A stretch of DNA of 64,000 nucleotides, taken from Mobula hypostoma (Eukaryota). Under the pieces are notes generated by a model. That model ran no database searches, was not told where the DNA came from, and saw only the letters and a program-made list of their open reading frames with translations. Shown in pieces: positions 51,288 through 64,000 of this stretch (position 1 is its first letter; the number at the start of each line of letters is the position of its first letter). The stretch is taken from contig NC_086097.1 of NCBI RefSeq assembly GCF_963921235.1, forward strand, positions 8,494,001-8,558,000. Direction: 5' to 3'. A program made the position numbers and the translations under genes.

Positions 51288-53642
51288 AATTAGCATCATC
51301 AATAAAATTCTAATGCCGATACACATCTCGTAGCACTCTCCAGTCTTTGCGTCAAATGTACATGATTGCTGAGTAAAAGAATAATATTCAATTAACCCTC
51401 AGTGTAGCTATAATGACATCACTCAATTGACAGCTAATAGGTTGCTTGGGTCTGACCATGTTTTTTTTATATTTCTGTTTCCTTATCTAACTGAAAAATG
51501 TCTAAATTCTGTCAACATCTACCCATGCTGGAAGAGATCTGAGGGACAATTGCTCAAATAGGGCAGTATTCAGTTACCAAATCAGAATCAAAATCAGCTT
51601 TAATATCACTGACATATGAAATTCTTTGTTCTGGGGCTGCAGTACATACAGAAGTGCAAATTAATTAATAGTTTAACACAAAGGAGTAATGAGGTTGTGC
51701 TCATGGGTGTGTGTACTGTTCAGGAATCTGATGATGGAAGGGAAGAAGCTCTTCCTAAATTATTGAGTGTGTGCCTTCAGGCTCCTGTACCTTCTGCTTG
51801 ATGATAATAACATGAAGAGGACATGTCTCAGATGGTGAAGGTCCTTAATGATGAATGCTGCTGTCTTGAGGCACCGTTTGAAGATGGTGAGGAGGATGGA
51901 GCTGGCTGAGTATATAATACTCTGACTGACTAACCAACTTGCCACTAGTTTGAGTGAAGAACCATTCCCCCTTCTCCTTGCACTTCTACTGTAGTTAAAC
52001 TCCTCCCCCAACACTGCATATAAAACCATTCTCCTCTGCCGTTTGAAGCCCATTAACTCCTTATAAGACTTTGATATTTTTATTTATTTAGAGTCACAAC
52101 ATGAAACAGCCCGTTCCAACCTAATGAGCTGCTGGACACAGCAACCCACCTATTTACCCTTAGTATGATCAGGGGACAATATACAATGACCAATTAACCT
52201 ACTCACCGATACGTCTTTGGACTGTGGGTTGAAATTGGAGCACCTGGAGGAAGCCCATGGGCTCACGGGAAGGACCTACAAGCTGCTTACAGATGGTGTC
52301 AGGATTGAACTCCAACCTCTGACATTCCGAGCTGTAATAGCATGGTGCTAATGGCTCTGCTACCGTGGTGCTCCGTGTGCATCAGGTTGCTTGTTGAGGG
52401 ATTAATCTTCATAGCATTGAGCGGAATCAATGCTTACTTCACAATGGTATGAAAAACCTCTTTTTGACACATTGGTATGGAAACACCAATGCCCTTGAAT
52501 GGAAAATCCTACAAAAATTAGAGGATACGGACCAGACCATTACAGGAAATCCCTCCCCACCACTGAACACATCTGCACAGAATGTTGTCACAAGAAACCA
52601 GAATCCATTACCAAGACCTCCACCACCCAAGCCATGCTCTCTTCTCATTTTGCCATCAGGAAGAAGCTACAGGAAACCTAGGACTCACACCACTAGGTTC
52701 AGTTACATTTATTAACCCTCAGTCATCTGGCTTTTGAACTAGAGGGGATAACTTCACTCAACTTCACTTGCCCATTCATTGAAATGTTCCCATAACCTCT
52801 GGACTGATTTTCGAGCACTCTTCATTTCACATTCTCGATGTTTATTGCATATTTATTTATTATTATAAGTATTTATTTCTTTTTGTATTTACACAATCTG
52901 TTGTATTTTTGTGCACTGGTTGAATGTCCATTTGTTCCGGTTTTTCATTGGTTCTATTATGGTTACTGGATTTATTGAGTATGCCCACAAGAAAATGAAT
53001 CTCATGAATCTCAGGACTGTATATGGTGACATGCATGTACCTTGATAATAAATTGCCTTTGAACTTTGAACTGATTTTTCTTTATCCAAAGGTGTGTAGG
53101 GGGTCACTTCAGTTAACACCTATTGTGAAAGATCCCACCCTTCTACTCAAGTTACCTCCTGGAGAGCTGGAACACTCTCTGCCTAATGGCTGCTTTGTCT
53201 CACTGATATTTGTAACTTACCCTATGCTCTCCCGGTCGTTGGACAAATAAAGAGAACTAAAACAAAGATGTGCTTCTTCAATCTACAAATTGTTCAGTGC
53301 CTGAGGTGAGGAGGAAATGGGATGAAATCCATGCTACTGTCCTGCTTCACAGCAGCAGGAGAGTCTTATTTTCCTGCACATTTTAATTCATTTACCATGC
53401 TACTTGAAGATTATACCTGCAGGTACACGAGCACTGACTCTCTGGGTGATTACCATGGACACCAATGATATGGGTGGAAATTGGAGTTCGCCCTTATTTC
53501 CTTTGCCAAACAGAGGCATTTAGATCCAACAGCCATTTGGAACACTCCTGAAAAGTAATCATACACTGGGGAAATGTTACCTTTAAATACAGAGCTTCAA
53601 ACTTCAAAGCAAGTGTATTATCAAAGTATGTATAAGTTACCA

Positions 53643-53940
53643 AGAGTCAAAGACCAGAGGACACAGTTTCAGAATAGAGGGATGAGCATTTAGGATGGAG
53701 AGGGGCAGGCATTTCTTCACCCTGAGAGTGGTGAATCTACGGAATTTGTTGCCTCAGGTAGCTGTGGAAGCCAAGTATTTAGATATATTTAAGGAAGAGG
53801 TTGATTAATTCTTGATTGGTCAGGGAATGAAGGGATATGGAGAGAAGGTAGGAGATTGGGACTGAAAGGGAAAATGGATTAGCCATGATGAAATGGCAGA
53901 GTAGATTCAAAGGGCCAAATGGTCTAATTCTTATGGTCTA
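53643..53940 (+). mobile_element. CR1 3' end
   Basis: SKTRGHSFRIEG...VVNL; a similar copy lies at 54920-55188. Confidence 0.8.
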
Positions 53941-55319
53941 TATACTACCTTGAGAGTCATTTACTTGCAGTATTTGTAGGAAAAAAATACAATAGAATTG
54001 ATCACAAGTTATACATAAAAGATGACTGACAAACAACCAATGGGCAAAAGGAGACAAATTGTGAAAATTAATAATGATACTGAGAACGTGAATTGAAAAG
54101 AGTCTTTGAAAGTGAGTCTGCAGGTGATAGAATTAGTTCAGAGTAGTGTGATTGATGTTATCTATGCCAGTTCAGGAGCCTGCTTGTTGAAGGATAATAA
54201 ATGTTCCTGAACCTGGTGCCTCCTGTACCTCCTGCCAGATGATAGCAGGGAGAAGAGGTCGTGGCCTGGATGATGGATGTCTTTGATGATGAATGCTACT
54301 TTCTTATGGCAGCGCTTCTTATCTATATACTCAGTGGTTGGGAGGATTTTGTCTGTGATGAACTGAGCTATATCCACTATTTTCTGCAGAAATATCCACT
54401 TCTGGGCATTGGTGTTTCCATATCAGGCCATATCGCTACCAGTGAGGATATCTTCCATTGTTCATCTATAGAAGTTTGTCAAAGTTTCTGGTAACATTTC
54501 GAATTTCAGCAGACTTCGAAGAATGCAGAGGCTCTGGTGTGCCTTCTCTGTGATAATTTTTATGCAACATTCCCTCTATTTTTTCCCTTACAGCTGCATG
54601 GACCAACCATTGCTCTGAGCAGGAGATTTTTACATGGCCTGAAATCAGTGTGGCACATCAAACAACACACCACAACTCACAACACAAGTAAATAATATAA
54701 TGCAGTAAAAATAACTGACAGGTGCAATGGCAAAATTGAAATGTATTGACTAGACAGCATGCTGTTCAGTGATCCGGCGACTTATTAACCAATGAGCTAC
54801 CAACTTCCATTCTGTGCTTATTGTTACAATTTGTAACAGTGTTGTAACTGGTGGCACTGACAATGTAAATACATTGATGTTCTAAAATGTTTCAAAATAA
54901 AGGTTATGGCACATTTACAGAGATGGGGTGTAGAGGTTTTGCTGGCTGCTTACTCTGCAGAATCTATGGAATCCTTTACCACGGGTGGCTCTGGAGGCCA
55001 AGTCATTTGGCATTTCCAAGGCAGAGTTTGATAGATTCTTGATTAGTCTGGGCATGAAGGGAAATGGGGAGAAGATAGGAGATTGGGACTGAGATGGAAA
55101 ATGGAACAGCCATGATGAAATGGGAGAGCAGACTTGATGGTCGAAATGGCCTAATTCTGCTCCTATATCTTATGTCTTATAGTCTTATACCTGGAGGTGC
55201 CAGGAACATTGGAATATAGGTGAAAGTGTGTCCATTTTCTAAATTTTGTTTAAAATTCACTGCAGCATTTTTGTTCACCCATAGCTATGAATGAATCTAT
55301 AAGTATATAATTTGAGGCT

Positions 55320-55875
55320 CTCTATTAGTTGGGGACGACCATGGATGTTGTGATCCAGCTGTATATATGATGCGCAAACCAAGGCAACACAATATGAAAA
55401 GCAAGCTTTTGCCCATCCGGTAGACTCCCTTTCTCCACACAGCTCATGAATCCAAAAGGGTCTTTCAATCCTATATTCAACTGGCAGGAGTTGCCAGTCA
55501 GAAATGTAGGACTGTCTTTGGGACTCTATCTACAGAGTTTTCCTAATGGTTTACTCCCAAGCCTTCCTCGTGAGTGCGTATAGCTGCAAGGCGGCAGAGG
55601 TTTAAGATTAGAGTTTTTCTTCTCCTGGATAAGCTAGCAGCCACAGCTATTGAGCCCCATCTGCCCAAAATGATAATTTTTAAGGGCACAGTAACCCACC
55701 TTTGCCACCTCTCCTGTCAGTAGAAATGGTTCCATCGTGATTAGAAGCTAAGCCACACATGAAAGCCAGGAGCTGGATTTGGTCTATTTGAGATGCACAC
55801 CAATGGGAACATTTAATAGGTAGTGGGAGCTTGTCTCCACGATCCGCACCCTTGGCTATAATAACCGTAAGGAAT
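55320..55875 (-). mobile_element. ~575-bp retroposon family copy
   Basis: Reverse-complement homology to 10178-10754. Confidence 0.8.
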
Positions 55876-57304
55876 TATATACCACTTCTGAAATCAATGG
55901 ATTAACATTTATTGTATTAATAAAACATTACTTCAGTTGGGCATTAAAATTACTTATATGTGATATCATAAAAATACATTAAAAATGAAAGGGAAAGAAA
56001 TGCATTTATATAGCTCCTTTTATATAGATTTTAAGAAGTCACCAAGTGCTTGATATCTAACAAACCGGTTGACCTTATTCTGATGCAGCAATCAATCTGA
56101 TTGCCACAAATAAGAGTTTATTTCTTTTCTGGGGTTCATGGGGGGATATACTATATTGAAACTTATCGAGCTTGATCAGGGTCATGACATACATCACTCC
56201 CAGGCATTTCCTGTGATCGTGCTATGTTTTTGCATAGATATGGGACGAATAGGTCTGGAGGCTTGGCTGCATTGCTTATTGTAGACAAAGGCCTTTGAAC
56301 AATTTTTAATTATCTCTGATGATCATAAATATATTTATAAAAAATGTTCAAATGAATTTACATCAATAAAAATCATTACAACTAACAATTTACCTAAAAC
56401 ACTATTAGACATTAATTAAAAATGGTAAAATTAAATTTTCAAAGATCTTGCATTTGACTTTTCAGTGAAGGGTAGCAATTGCATTTAAGGGGCAATTTTT
56501 AGCTGTGCTCTGCCCTGGTTTTCATGCTGAGCGGCAGATCAGGAATATCATGGGTGCTGGAACTCAGCTCCGGATATTTACTGTTTATTATTTTTATTTA
56601 TATAGACTTACAGCACACAACAGGCTCTTCCAGCCCAATGGGTCGCATCACCCAGCAAACCACCTATTTAACCCTGGCCTAATCACAGGACAATTTACAA
56701 TGACCAACTAACTCGCCTACCGTTGCGTCTTTAGAATGTGGAAAGAAACCGGAACACCTAGAGGAAACCCACGCGTTTACAGCAGAATAAACTCTTTCTG
56801 GATGGGGCTGAAATAGGACTTTGAACTCCAATGTCCTGTGTCGTGCTAACCACTACTCTATCGTGACGTGACATCTGTTGCACAAGTCATGAAGATGATC
56901 TGCAATTCCTAATGATGGGTCTTGGCCTGAAACATTGACCGTTGATTCACTTCCAGAGATATTGTCTGACCTACTGAGTTGCTCCAGCAATTTGTATGTG
57001 TTGCTTTGGATTTCTAGCATCTGCAGAATCTCTCATGTTTATGACCTTCGATTTGCCAATGACTCTCCATCTGCTGAAATCAATGTCCACATGTTGGACC
57101 CTTGGGATAATTCTCTGCTTTTCTTTCAAACCATGCTTGTGGTGAACATTCAATGCCTTGATATATCCAGTGTCCCTTCAGTACTGCAATGTTTTTCTTT
57201 GCTTGCTGTAGTGTATTTAATATTTCAGTAATACTTGAGTAATATTGTAAATAGATTATTTGAGCAATGCCTCAAAAAGGCAGCATCCATCATTAAGGAC
57301 CTCC

Positions 57305-58005
57305 TAATCACAAAATACTCTGCAGATGCTGGTATCAAAGCAACATTCACAACACGCTGGAGAAACCCAGCAGGTCGGGCAGCATCCGTGGAAACAATCA
57401 GACAAAGTTTCGGGCCGGAACCCTTCGTCAGGACTGAAAAGGGAAGGGGCAGAGGCCCTATAAAGAAGGTGGGGGGAGAGTGGGAAGGAGAAGGCTGGTA
57501 GGTTCCAGGTGAAAAACCAGTAAGGGGAAAGATAACGGGGTTGGGGAGGGGAAGCAGGGAGGTGATAGGCGGGAAAGGTGAAGAAGGAATAGGGGAAAAC
57601 ACAATGGGTAGTAGAAGGAGGTGGAACCATGAAGGAAGTTACAGGCAGCTGGGGGAGGGGGCAGAGTGAAACAGAGATAGAGGAAGGGAGGGGGAGGGAA
57701 TTACCGGAAGTTGGAGAATTCTATATTCATACCAAGGGGCTGGAGACTACCTGGATGGTATATGAGGTGTTGCTCCTCCAACCTGAGTTTAGCTTCATCA
57801 TGGCAGTAGAGGAGGCCATGTATGGACATACCCAAATGGGAATGGGAAGCAGAGTTGAAGTGGGTGGCTACTGGGAGATCCTGTCTGTGGTGGTGGACGG
57901 AGCGGAGGTGCTCGACAAGGCGGTCCCCCAATCTGCGTCGGGTTTCACCGATGTAAAGGAGGCCTCACCGTGAGCTCCAGATGCAATAGATGACCCCAAC
58001 AGAGT
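57305..58005 (-). mobile_element. Penelope-like 3' end (GIY-YIG + pseudo-LTR)
   Basis: ORF 57701-57931 (LVEHLRSV..LPVATHFN..LEEQHLIY); hammerhead-like sequence at 57399-57436 with an altered cleavage triplet. Confidence 0.92.
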
Positions 58006-58650
58006 CCATCACCCAGGACATACCCTCTTCTCATTGCTACTATCAAAATGGAGGTACAGGAGCCTGAAGGCACACACTCAATGATTCAAGAACAGCTTCT
58101 ATCACTCTGCCATCTGATTTCTGAATGGACATTGAACCCATGAACACCACCTCACTACTTTTTAATGTCTACTTTTGCACTACTTATTTAATTTAACTAT
58201 TTTATATATATATATTTATTGTAATTCAGTTTGTTTTTTTACTCTATTAATATGTATTGCATTGTACTGCTGCTGCAAAGGCAACAAATTTCACGACATA
58301 TGCTGGTGACATTAAACTTAATTCTGATTCTGATTATACACTCTTTCTTTGTTCACATAATTCATTTTGAATATGTGTAAGAGGTACGTGAATAGCATAC
58401 GTCATTACGCCACCACATGATATGTGAGCACCTCACTAAAGAAAAGAAAAACTAGGTAGACCATCATCCCTGCTCCTGTGTTTTCCTTCCAGTTATTTTC
58501 TGGAGTTAGCAAACATAACACTTGCGTCTCTGGATGAAGAACAGGTCCTATAACTTTCTTTGTTTAGTGGATTTTTTGTGTGAAAGCTCATCTCAGTGTT
58601 GTATACTGCATACATGTTGTGATAATAAATGTACTTTGAATCCTTGAAGA

Positions 58651-58888
58651 GAACACACATGAAATGCTGGAAGAACTCAACAGGTCAGGCAGAATCTGTG
58701 GAAAGAAATATTCAGTCGATGTTTCAGGCCAAGACCCACCTGATGATGATGAGTCCTAAAGAGGGGTCTTGGCCCGAAATAATGATTGTTTATTCATTTC
58801 CATAGATGCTACCTGAACTGCTGAGTTCCTCCAGCATTTTGTGTTGGTTATTCTGGATTTCCAGCATCTGCAGATTTTCTTGTGTTTT
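58651..58888. mobile_element. Older inverted pair of Penelope pseudo-LTR ends
   Basis: Imperfect inverted arms at about 58652-58737 and 58762-58844. Confidence 0.75.
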
Positions 58889-59427
58889 TGGATCTTTGAG
58901 TACAAAAATTACGCAACTCTGAGCTACCGAATGAACATTGGCTAAGCATTTGAATGCCCATGATATCACAGTAATTCTACGTTTTTATTTTAAATCACTG
59001 ACCCTTCAAGTTTAGTGTGCCCCACTTAGCTAGATTTTATCATAATGGAAAAGGAAGTTGGATAGAATGTCTTAAACCAGCAACCTTTCTAATCACCAAT
59101 CCATTTTCTCTGCTCATTTAGCATAAAACGACACCAATGTTGACACAACAACATTTGACTCACAGCTAATGTGATGGCCCATGTTGTGAGGCAGCAAATT
59201 ACTCCAGCAATACCCCCTTGCCATAGCAACAGCTGTCATCATGTTGGCTCACTGAACTGTGAAGCTTACTGCTCTATCTTCATGGAAACAAGTATCCATT
59301 CTATTTTTAACTGTGTTTTAATCTAAAATTCATTTGGGAGGATTGGGGTTTATGCATTTATTAATGTGATTTGTTGGCAAAATGTGGAAGATCATTGAAA
59401 ATGAAAATATGCTACATATTTTTAAAA

Positions 59428-59655
59428 TCTCTCTCTTCCCCCTCTTACTCTCCCCCTCTCTCTCTGAATCTTACACATGCTTTCTCTCCATCTCTCTGTT
59501 CATACTGTCTGCCTGTCTCTCTCTGTCTCTGCCTCTCTGTCTGTCTCTCTTTCTCTGTGGCTGTCTTTCTCTTTTTCCCTCTCTTCCCCCCTCATCCATG
59601 CTCTCTTTCTGTCTCTCTGTTCAAGTTGTATGTCTGTCTGTCTGTCTTTCTCTCA
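59428..59655. repeat. CT/CTGT-rich low-complexity tract
   Basis: Read directly from the sequence. Confidence 0.9.
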
Positions 59656-59964
59656 TTGTGCAGTATGTCTATGTTCTTTACAACGGGATGACTATGGGAG
59701 AAACCACTGTCTATGAATCAGAAGGCATTGCCTGAACAGAGTTACAAAGGGGCTTGTAAATACATAATGTGGATTAAAATAATGCTGACCCATACAGAGA
59801 ATCAATTATTTTCATGCCCTTTCTCAAATGGGCTAAGAATGGTGGGGGGGGGGGAGTGTAGGGGGTTTAATGAATAGATAGTCAACAATAGCTGATACAG
59901 TATATTTTAACATTCAACCATTAGTGACCATCACATTTATTCCATTGAAACCAAACTTTAAAAA

Positions 59965-60572
59965 TTTCAGAATTAGGTTTATTGCCACTGACATAAGTCA
60001 TGAAATTTGTTGTTTTGTGGCAGCTCGTACAGTGCAGGAGCATAACAAATCACTTCAAGTTACAATAACTAATAAATAGTGAGGTAGTGTTCATGAGCTT
60101 ATGGACCATTCATAACCTGAGAGTGGATGTGAAGAAACTGTTTCAAAAACGTTGAGTGTGGGTCTTCAGGCTCCTGTACCTCCTCCTTGATGGTGGCAAT
60201 GAGAAGTGGATGTGAGGATTCCTTAGATTGGATGCTGCCTACGTGAGGCACTGCCCTCGATGATGGGGAGGGTTGTGCCCATGATGGAACTGGTTGAGTC
60301 TACAACCCACTAAAGTCACTTGTGATCCTGTGCATCGGAGTCGCCACACCAGATGGTGATGGAACCAGTCAGAATGTTCTCCACGGTACATCTGCAGAAA
60401 TTTGCGTGAGTCTTTGGTGACATACCAAATGTTCTCAAACTCCTAATGAAGTTTAGCCACAGGCAAGCCCTCTTTATCGCTGCATCAGTACGTTGCATCC
60501 AGGATAGATATTCAGAAATGTAGACACCCAGGAATTTTAAACTGCTCACCCTTTTCACAGCTGACCTCTCAG
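59965..60572 (-). mobile_element. Rex1-type 3' fragment with (ttctga)-type tail
   Basis: ORF 60316-60645 (LKFLGVYISEYLSW..FCRCTVENILTGSITIW). Same tail family near 13690-13822, 34020-34122, 44035-44472, 51580-51920(-), 58006-58333, 62690-63035. Confidence 0.8.
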
Positions 60573-61467
60573 TGAGGATTGATGCATGATTTATAGTTGC
60601 CTTGGAGGGTGAGAGGACAAATCTGTCATTGCAATGCCTCACCATATATTATTTTTAATTCCCAGTGTCACCTTATTGAGTCAACATAGCACTGAACAGA
60701 GAACAGTACAGTAACAGGTTCTTTGGCCCATTATGTCAGCATCAACCAGGACAACAATCTAACTAAATCCATCTGTCTGCATATGATTGGAATTTCTCTA
60801 TTCACAGCCTGATCATGTGTCTTTCTAAGTGGCTCTTTCACATTGTTATTGTATCTTCTTCTACCACTTCCCCTGGCAGTACATTCCAGACATGTACCAC
60901 TCTCTTATCTCACACATCTCCCTTAAACTCCCCACCTCTCAATTTAAACCTTTGCTGTCTGGAATTTAATATTTCCACTCTGGGGGTGGGGGAGGGGCAG
61001 AAAGACTGACTATTTACCCTAGTAATGCCTATTGCAACTTTACATTCTTCTCTCAGACCCTCCAGAGAAAGCATTCCAAGCTTGTCTGCTCTAATCTGGA
61101 CAACATCTCAAGAACCATCACCTGTACCCTCTCCAAAGACGCCAACGATATTTTTTCTCTCTGCCTTTGTTTATTCTGTTGAAAATGAAAACTAATACAA
61201 CTTGAGTTCTAACCATAATATACATATATGGTCCACACAACAATAACCTTTAATGTCAAGGTAAGCCACAGGGACACTATCAGTCGCAATGTAGTACAGT
61301 TACAGGACTGCCCTCTAGTGTCCGAGCTGAAAACAACTAATAATTACACAGCCCAAAAGACAGCACTTTACATTTATTTTTACTTTTTTTTAGAGATGCA
61401 GCTCTGCACAGGCCCTTCTGGCCCAATAAGCCACACCACCCATCACCTACTTAACCCTAGCCTAATC

Positions 61468-61840
61468 TCAAGGGTGGCAGGGTGGAGATCTGTCTCTACC
61501 AAAGGAGCTGTAAGGCATTCCTTCCTTCTGCTGGCCCCAGGGTGAAGCACCTGCTTAGACAGCACTCCGAATTAGGGTCGTGTGAAGCCATGGGAGCAGG
61601 TGGTAGATGGTCCATGAGCATCCGGTGCCTATCACAAGTCCTGGCTGTGCAACCAATTACACCAGCAGACAATCTCTTAGACCTTTGTTCTCCTGTATTT
61701 AACATTTCCGCTCTGGTAAACACCTGTTTTGTAAAGACACTGCCCAGAGGAAAGCAATGGCAAACCAATTTTGTAGAAAAAAATTCCAAAAACCATCATG
61801 GTTATGGGAAGACCATGATTGCCTACGCAATCTCAAGACA
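61468..61840 (+). mobile_element. Non-autonomous RTE-related retroposon inserted in a V-SINE
   Basis: Homologous to 14195-14570; flanked by approximate repeat aatctcaagg/aatctcaaga. Confidence 0.65.
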
Positions 61841-62874
61841 ATTTATAATGACCAGTTAACCTTTAAGCCGGTACGTCTTTGGTCCGTGCAAGGAAACCAG
61901 GGCACCCAGAGGAAACCTACATGGTCACGAGAAAGATGTACAAGCTCCTTACAGAGAACTCTGAACTCTGACTCCCCAAGCTGGCATTTATTTATTTATT
62001 GAGATACAGTATGGAATAGGCCCTCTGACTCACGCCACCCAGCAATCCCCGATTTAACCCTACCCTAATCATAGGATCATTTACAATGACCAACTAACCA
62101 ACCAACTGGTACATCTTTTTACTGTGGGAGGAAATCAGAGCATGTGGAGGAAACTCACATGGTCTGGGAGAGAACATACAAACTCCTTAAAGGAGGCGGT
62201 GGGAATTGAAATCGGGTGGCCGGTACAGCATTGTTGTGCTAACCACTACCCTACCGTGCTGTCCTTGAAATGCGATCCAATTTAATTGAAATTAAATTTG
62301 CTTTGCTTACCAGAACTCGGAAAAGAAAAGAGAATAAAGGCTAAAGTAGGCACGAGTGATGATAGTTACTCCTGAAACAGCAATAAGCTTCATAACATAT
62401 TTAGATAGCTAACATTTTTACTGCTTCATCCCACACATGAAGCATGTCATGCCACAAGAGATGGAATAGCTTGTGTGTTATTCATTTAAATCGTGTCATT
62501 GTGCACGTATCATATCCTGCCAGCATGTCTTCTGCTTCAATTCTAGTTTAGATCAATACTCTCGCCTTCCCAATCCATTATTTTTACACACCTTCCATCC
62601 ATCCAGATTGTGTCAATTGTCTGGTAAAATTGCCCCGATTGTTGCCCTAATATTTCTGAGCAGTACAGATTAGATAAAAGCTAACAATTCAGGTCATGCC
62701 TAGTTCTCATTGCTACCATCAAGAGGAGGTACAGAAGCCTGAAGACACACACTCAGCGATTCAGGAACAGCTTCTTCCCCTCTGCCATCTGATTTCTGAA
62801 TGGACATTGAACCCATGAACACTACCACACTACTTTTTAATTTCTATTTTTACACTAGTTACTTAATTTAACTT

Positions 62875-62892
62875 TATATATATTTATATATA

Positions 62893-62928
<36 letters not shown>

Positions 62929-62948
62929 CATACACACACACATATATA
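62875..62948. repeat. Compound TA/TG/CA microsatellite
   Basis: Read directly from the sequence. Confidence 0.9.
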
Positions 62949-63039
62949 CGTATTTACTGTAATTCACTTTTGTTTCTATTATTATGTATTGCCGCAGACA
63001 ACCCATTTCATGATATATGCCAGTGATGTAAACATAACT

Positions 63040-63620
63040 GGTTCCTTCAGGTTGCTATAGCTGGAGGTGGCAATGGGGACAAGCTCCCACTACCTACTAA
63101 ATGCTCCTAACGGCCTACGCTTCAAATAGCTTCTGACAGCCAAGTCCAGATCCTGGCCTTCCCGTGTGGTTTAGCTACTAAGCCCGCGGAACTGTTTCGA
63201 CTGACGGGAGAAGGGGCAAAGGTGGGTTACTGTTGCCTTAAAACCAGTTGCTTTGATCCAGATGGGTCTCATCAGCTGTGGTTGGCAGCTCATCTAGTAG
63301 AAGGAAAACCCTGATCTCAAACATCTGCTGCCTTGTGGCTATAACCACTCAAGGGGAAGGCTTTGGGAGTAAACCTCAAGGGAAAAATCCAGAGATAAGG
63401 CAGTCCTACATTGAGTTCAATGCTGGCAGGTAACTCCTGCAATGCTGCTGGTGCCAAACTGTTTACCACTGCCGTTCCTTTGCGTTCATCAGATGCATAG
63501 AGAGGGGGAGCTTGCTACATAGGCTACAGCTTGCTCTCCATATTGTCCTGCCCAGGCTTGTGTATCTGGACAGTTAAGATACAATATCGCTGGTCAATGC
63601 TGACCGATGGAGGCCCTCAC
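63040..63620 (+). mobile_element. ~575-bp retroposon family copy inserted in a (ttctga)n tail
   Basis: Homologous to 10178-10754; the host tail resumes at about 63627. Confidence 0.85.
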
Positions 63621-64000
63621 CATTAGATCTGATTCTGAGTCTGTGTGTACGTTACGATGTCTACTCGTGTACATGCCAGCAGTCACTGGCCAATGGCTAA
63701 TGGCTAGGTACTTGAGAATGGAACAAGTCGAGATTACTTGCTCTTTACACTGCATCAAAGCTAGTCAGTGGTGTTGTGGCATCCACACTGGACTTTGGGG
63801 TGAGTGGTTCTGGATTCAAAAGCGACAGGCTCCCTGCACGCTTCCCATCCATGCTAGATTGAGTGTCGAGCTAGCAACTCGGACTCACAAAACAGACAAC
63901 TGCTAAAGGAACAGCATGGCTTCTGCCCGATTCGCCAATAGGCATGGATTAAATTCACAGTTACACTGCATCAGGCAGACATTACATCACTGGTAAAAGC

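Noticed and set aside
54566..55212. hAT-type MITE with caacattccc/ggaacattg ends
   Set aside because: Termini too degenerate and no TSD.
59371..59735. Hydrophobic ORFs or a terminal exon YVYVLYNGMTMGETTVYESEGIA after a pyrimidine tract
   Set aside because: The ORFs derive from the CT microsatellite; the peptide is unrecognised and has no other support.
1..64000. Host protein-coding gene or prokaryotic defence/retron system
   Set aside because: Every recognisable coding segment belongs to a eukaryotic transposable element; small host exons cannot be excluded without transcript data.

Overview
Eukaryotic, repeat-dominated DNA with no recognisable host gene. The repeat complement (CR1, Rex1/Babar, Penelope, RTE, V-SINE-like and Deu-like SINEs) suggests an intron or intergenic region of a cartilaginous fish, probably a ray or shark (inference). 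Main elements: several CR1 LINEs, one with a near-intact APE+RT ORF2 (21244-24578, minus); a decayed full-length Mag-type Gypsy LTR retrotransposon with both LTRs and a 5-bp TSD (38049-42329); a Rex1/Babar RT (27415-29210); a HERO-like RLE retrotransposon; Penelope GIY-YIG fragments whose pseudo-LTRs carry minimal hammerhead ribozymes; three solo LTRs of one family; a mariner-derived MITE; and many SINE and LINE tails. Most notable observations: (1) a U-UUA-AAC slippery heptamer at the CR1 ORF1 stop, with an AUG-less ORF2 in the -1 frame; (2) a perfect 110-bp-arm palindrome of two hammerhead-bearing Penelope repeats; (3) a MITE built from two transposase right ends; (4) an 87-bp duplication flanking the HERO-like insertion; (5) a triple-nested Rex1/LTR/CR1 insertion. 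Family names come from motif recognition by eye, not database searches, and most boundaries without a TSD are approximate.
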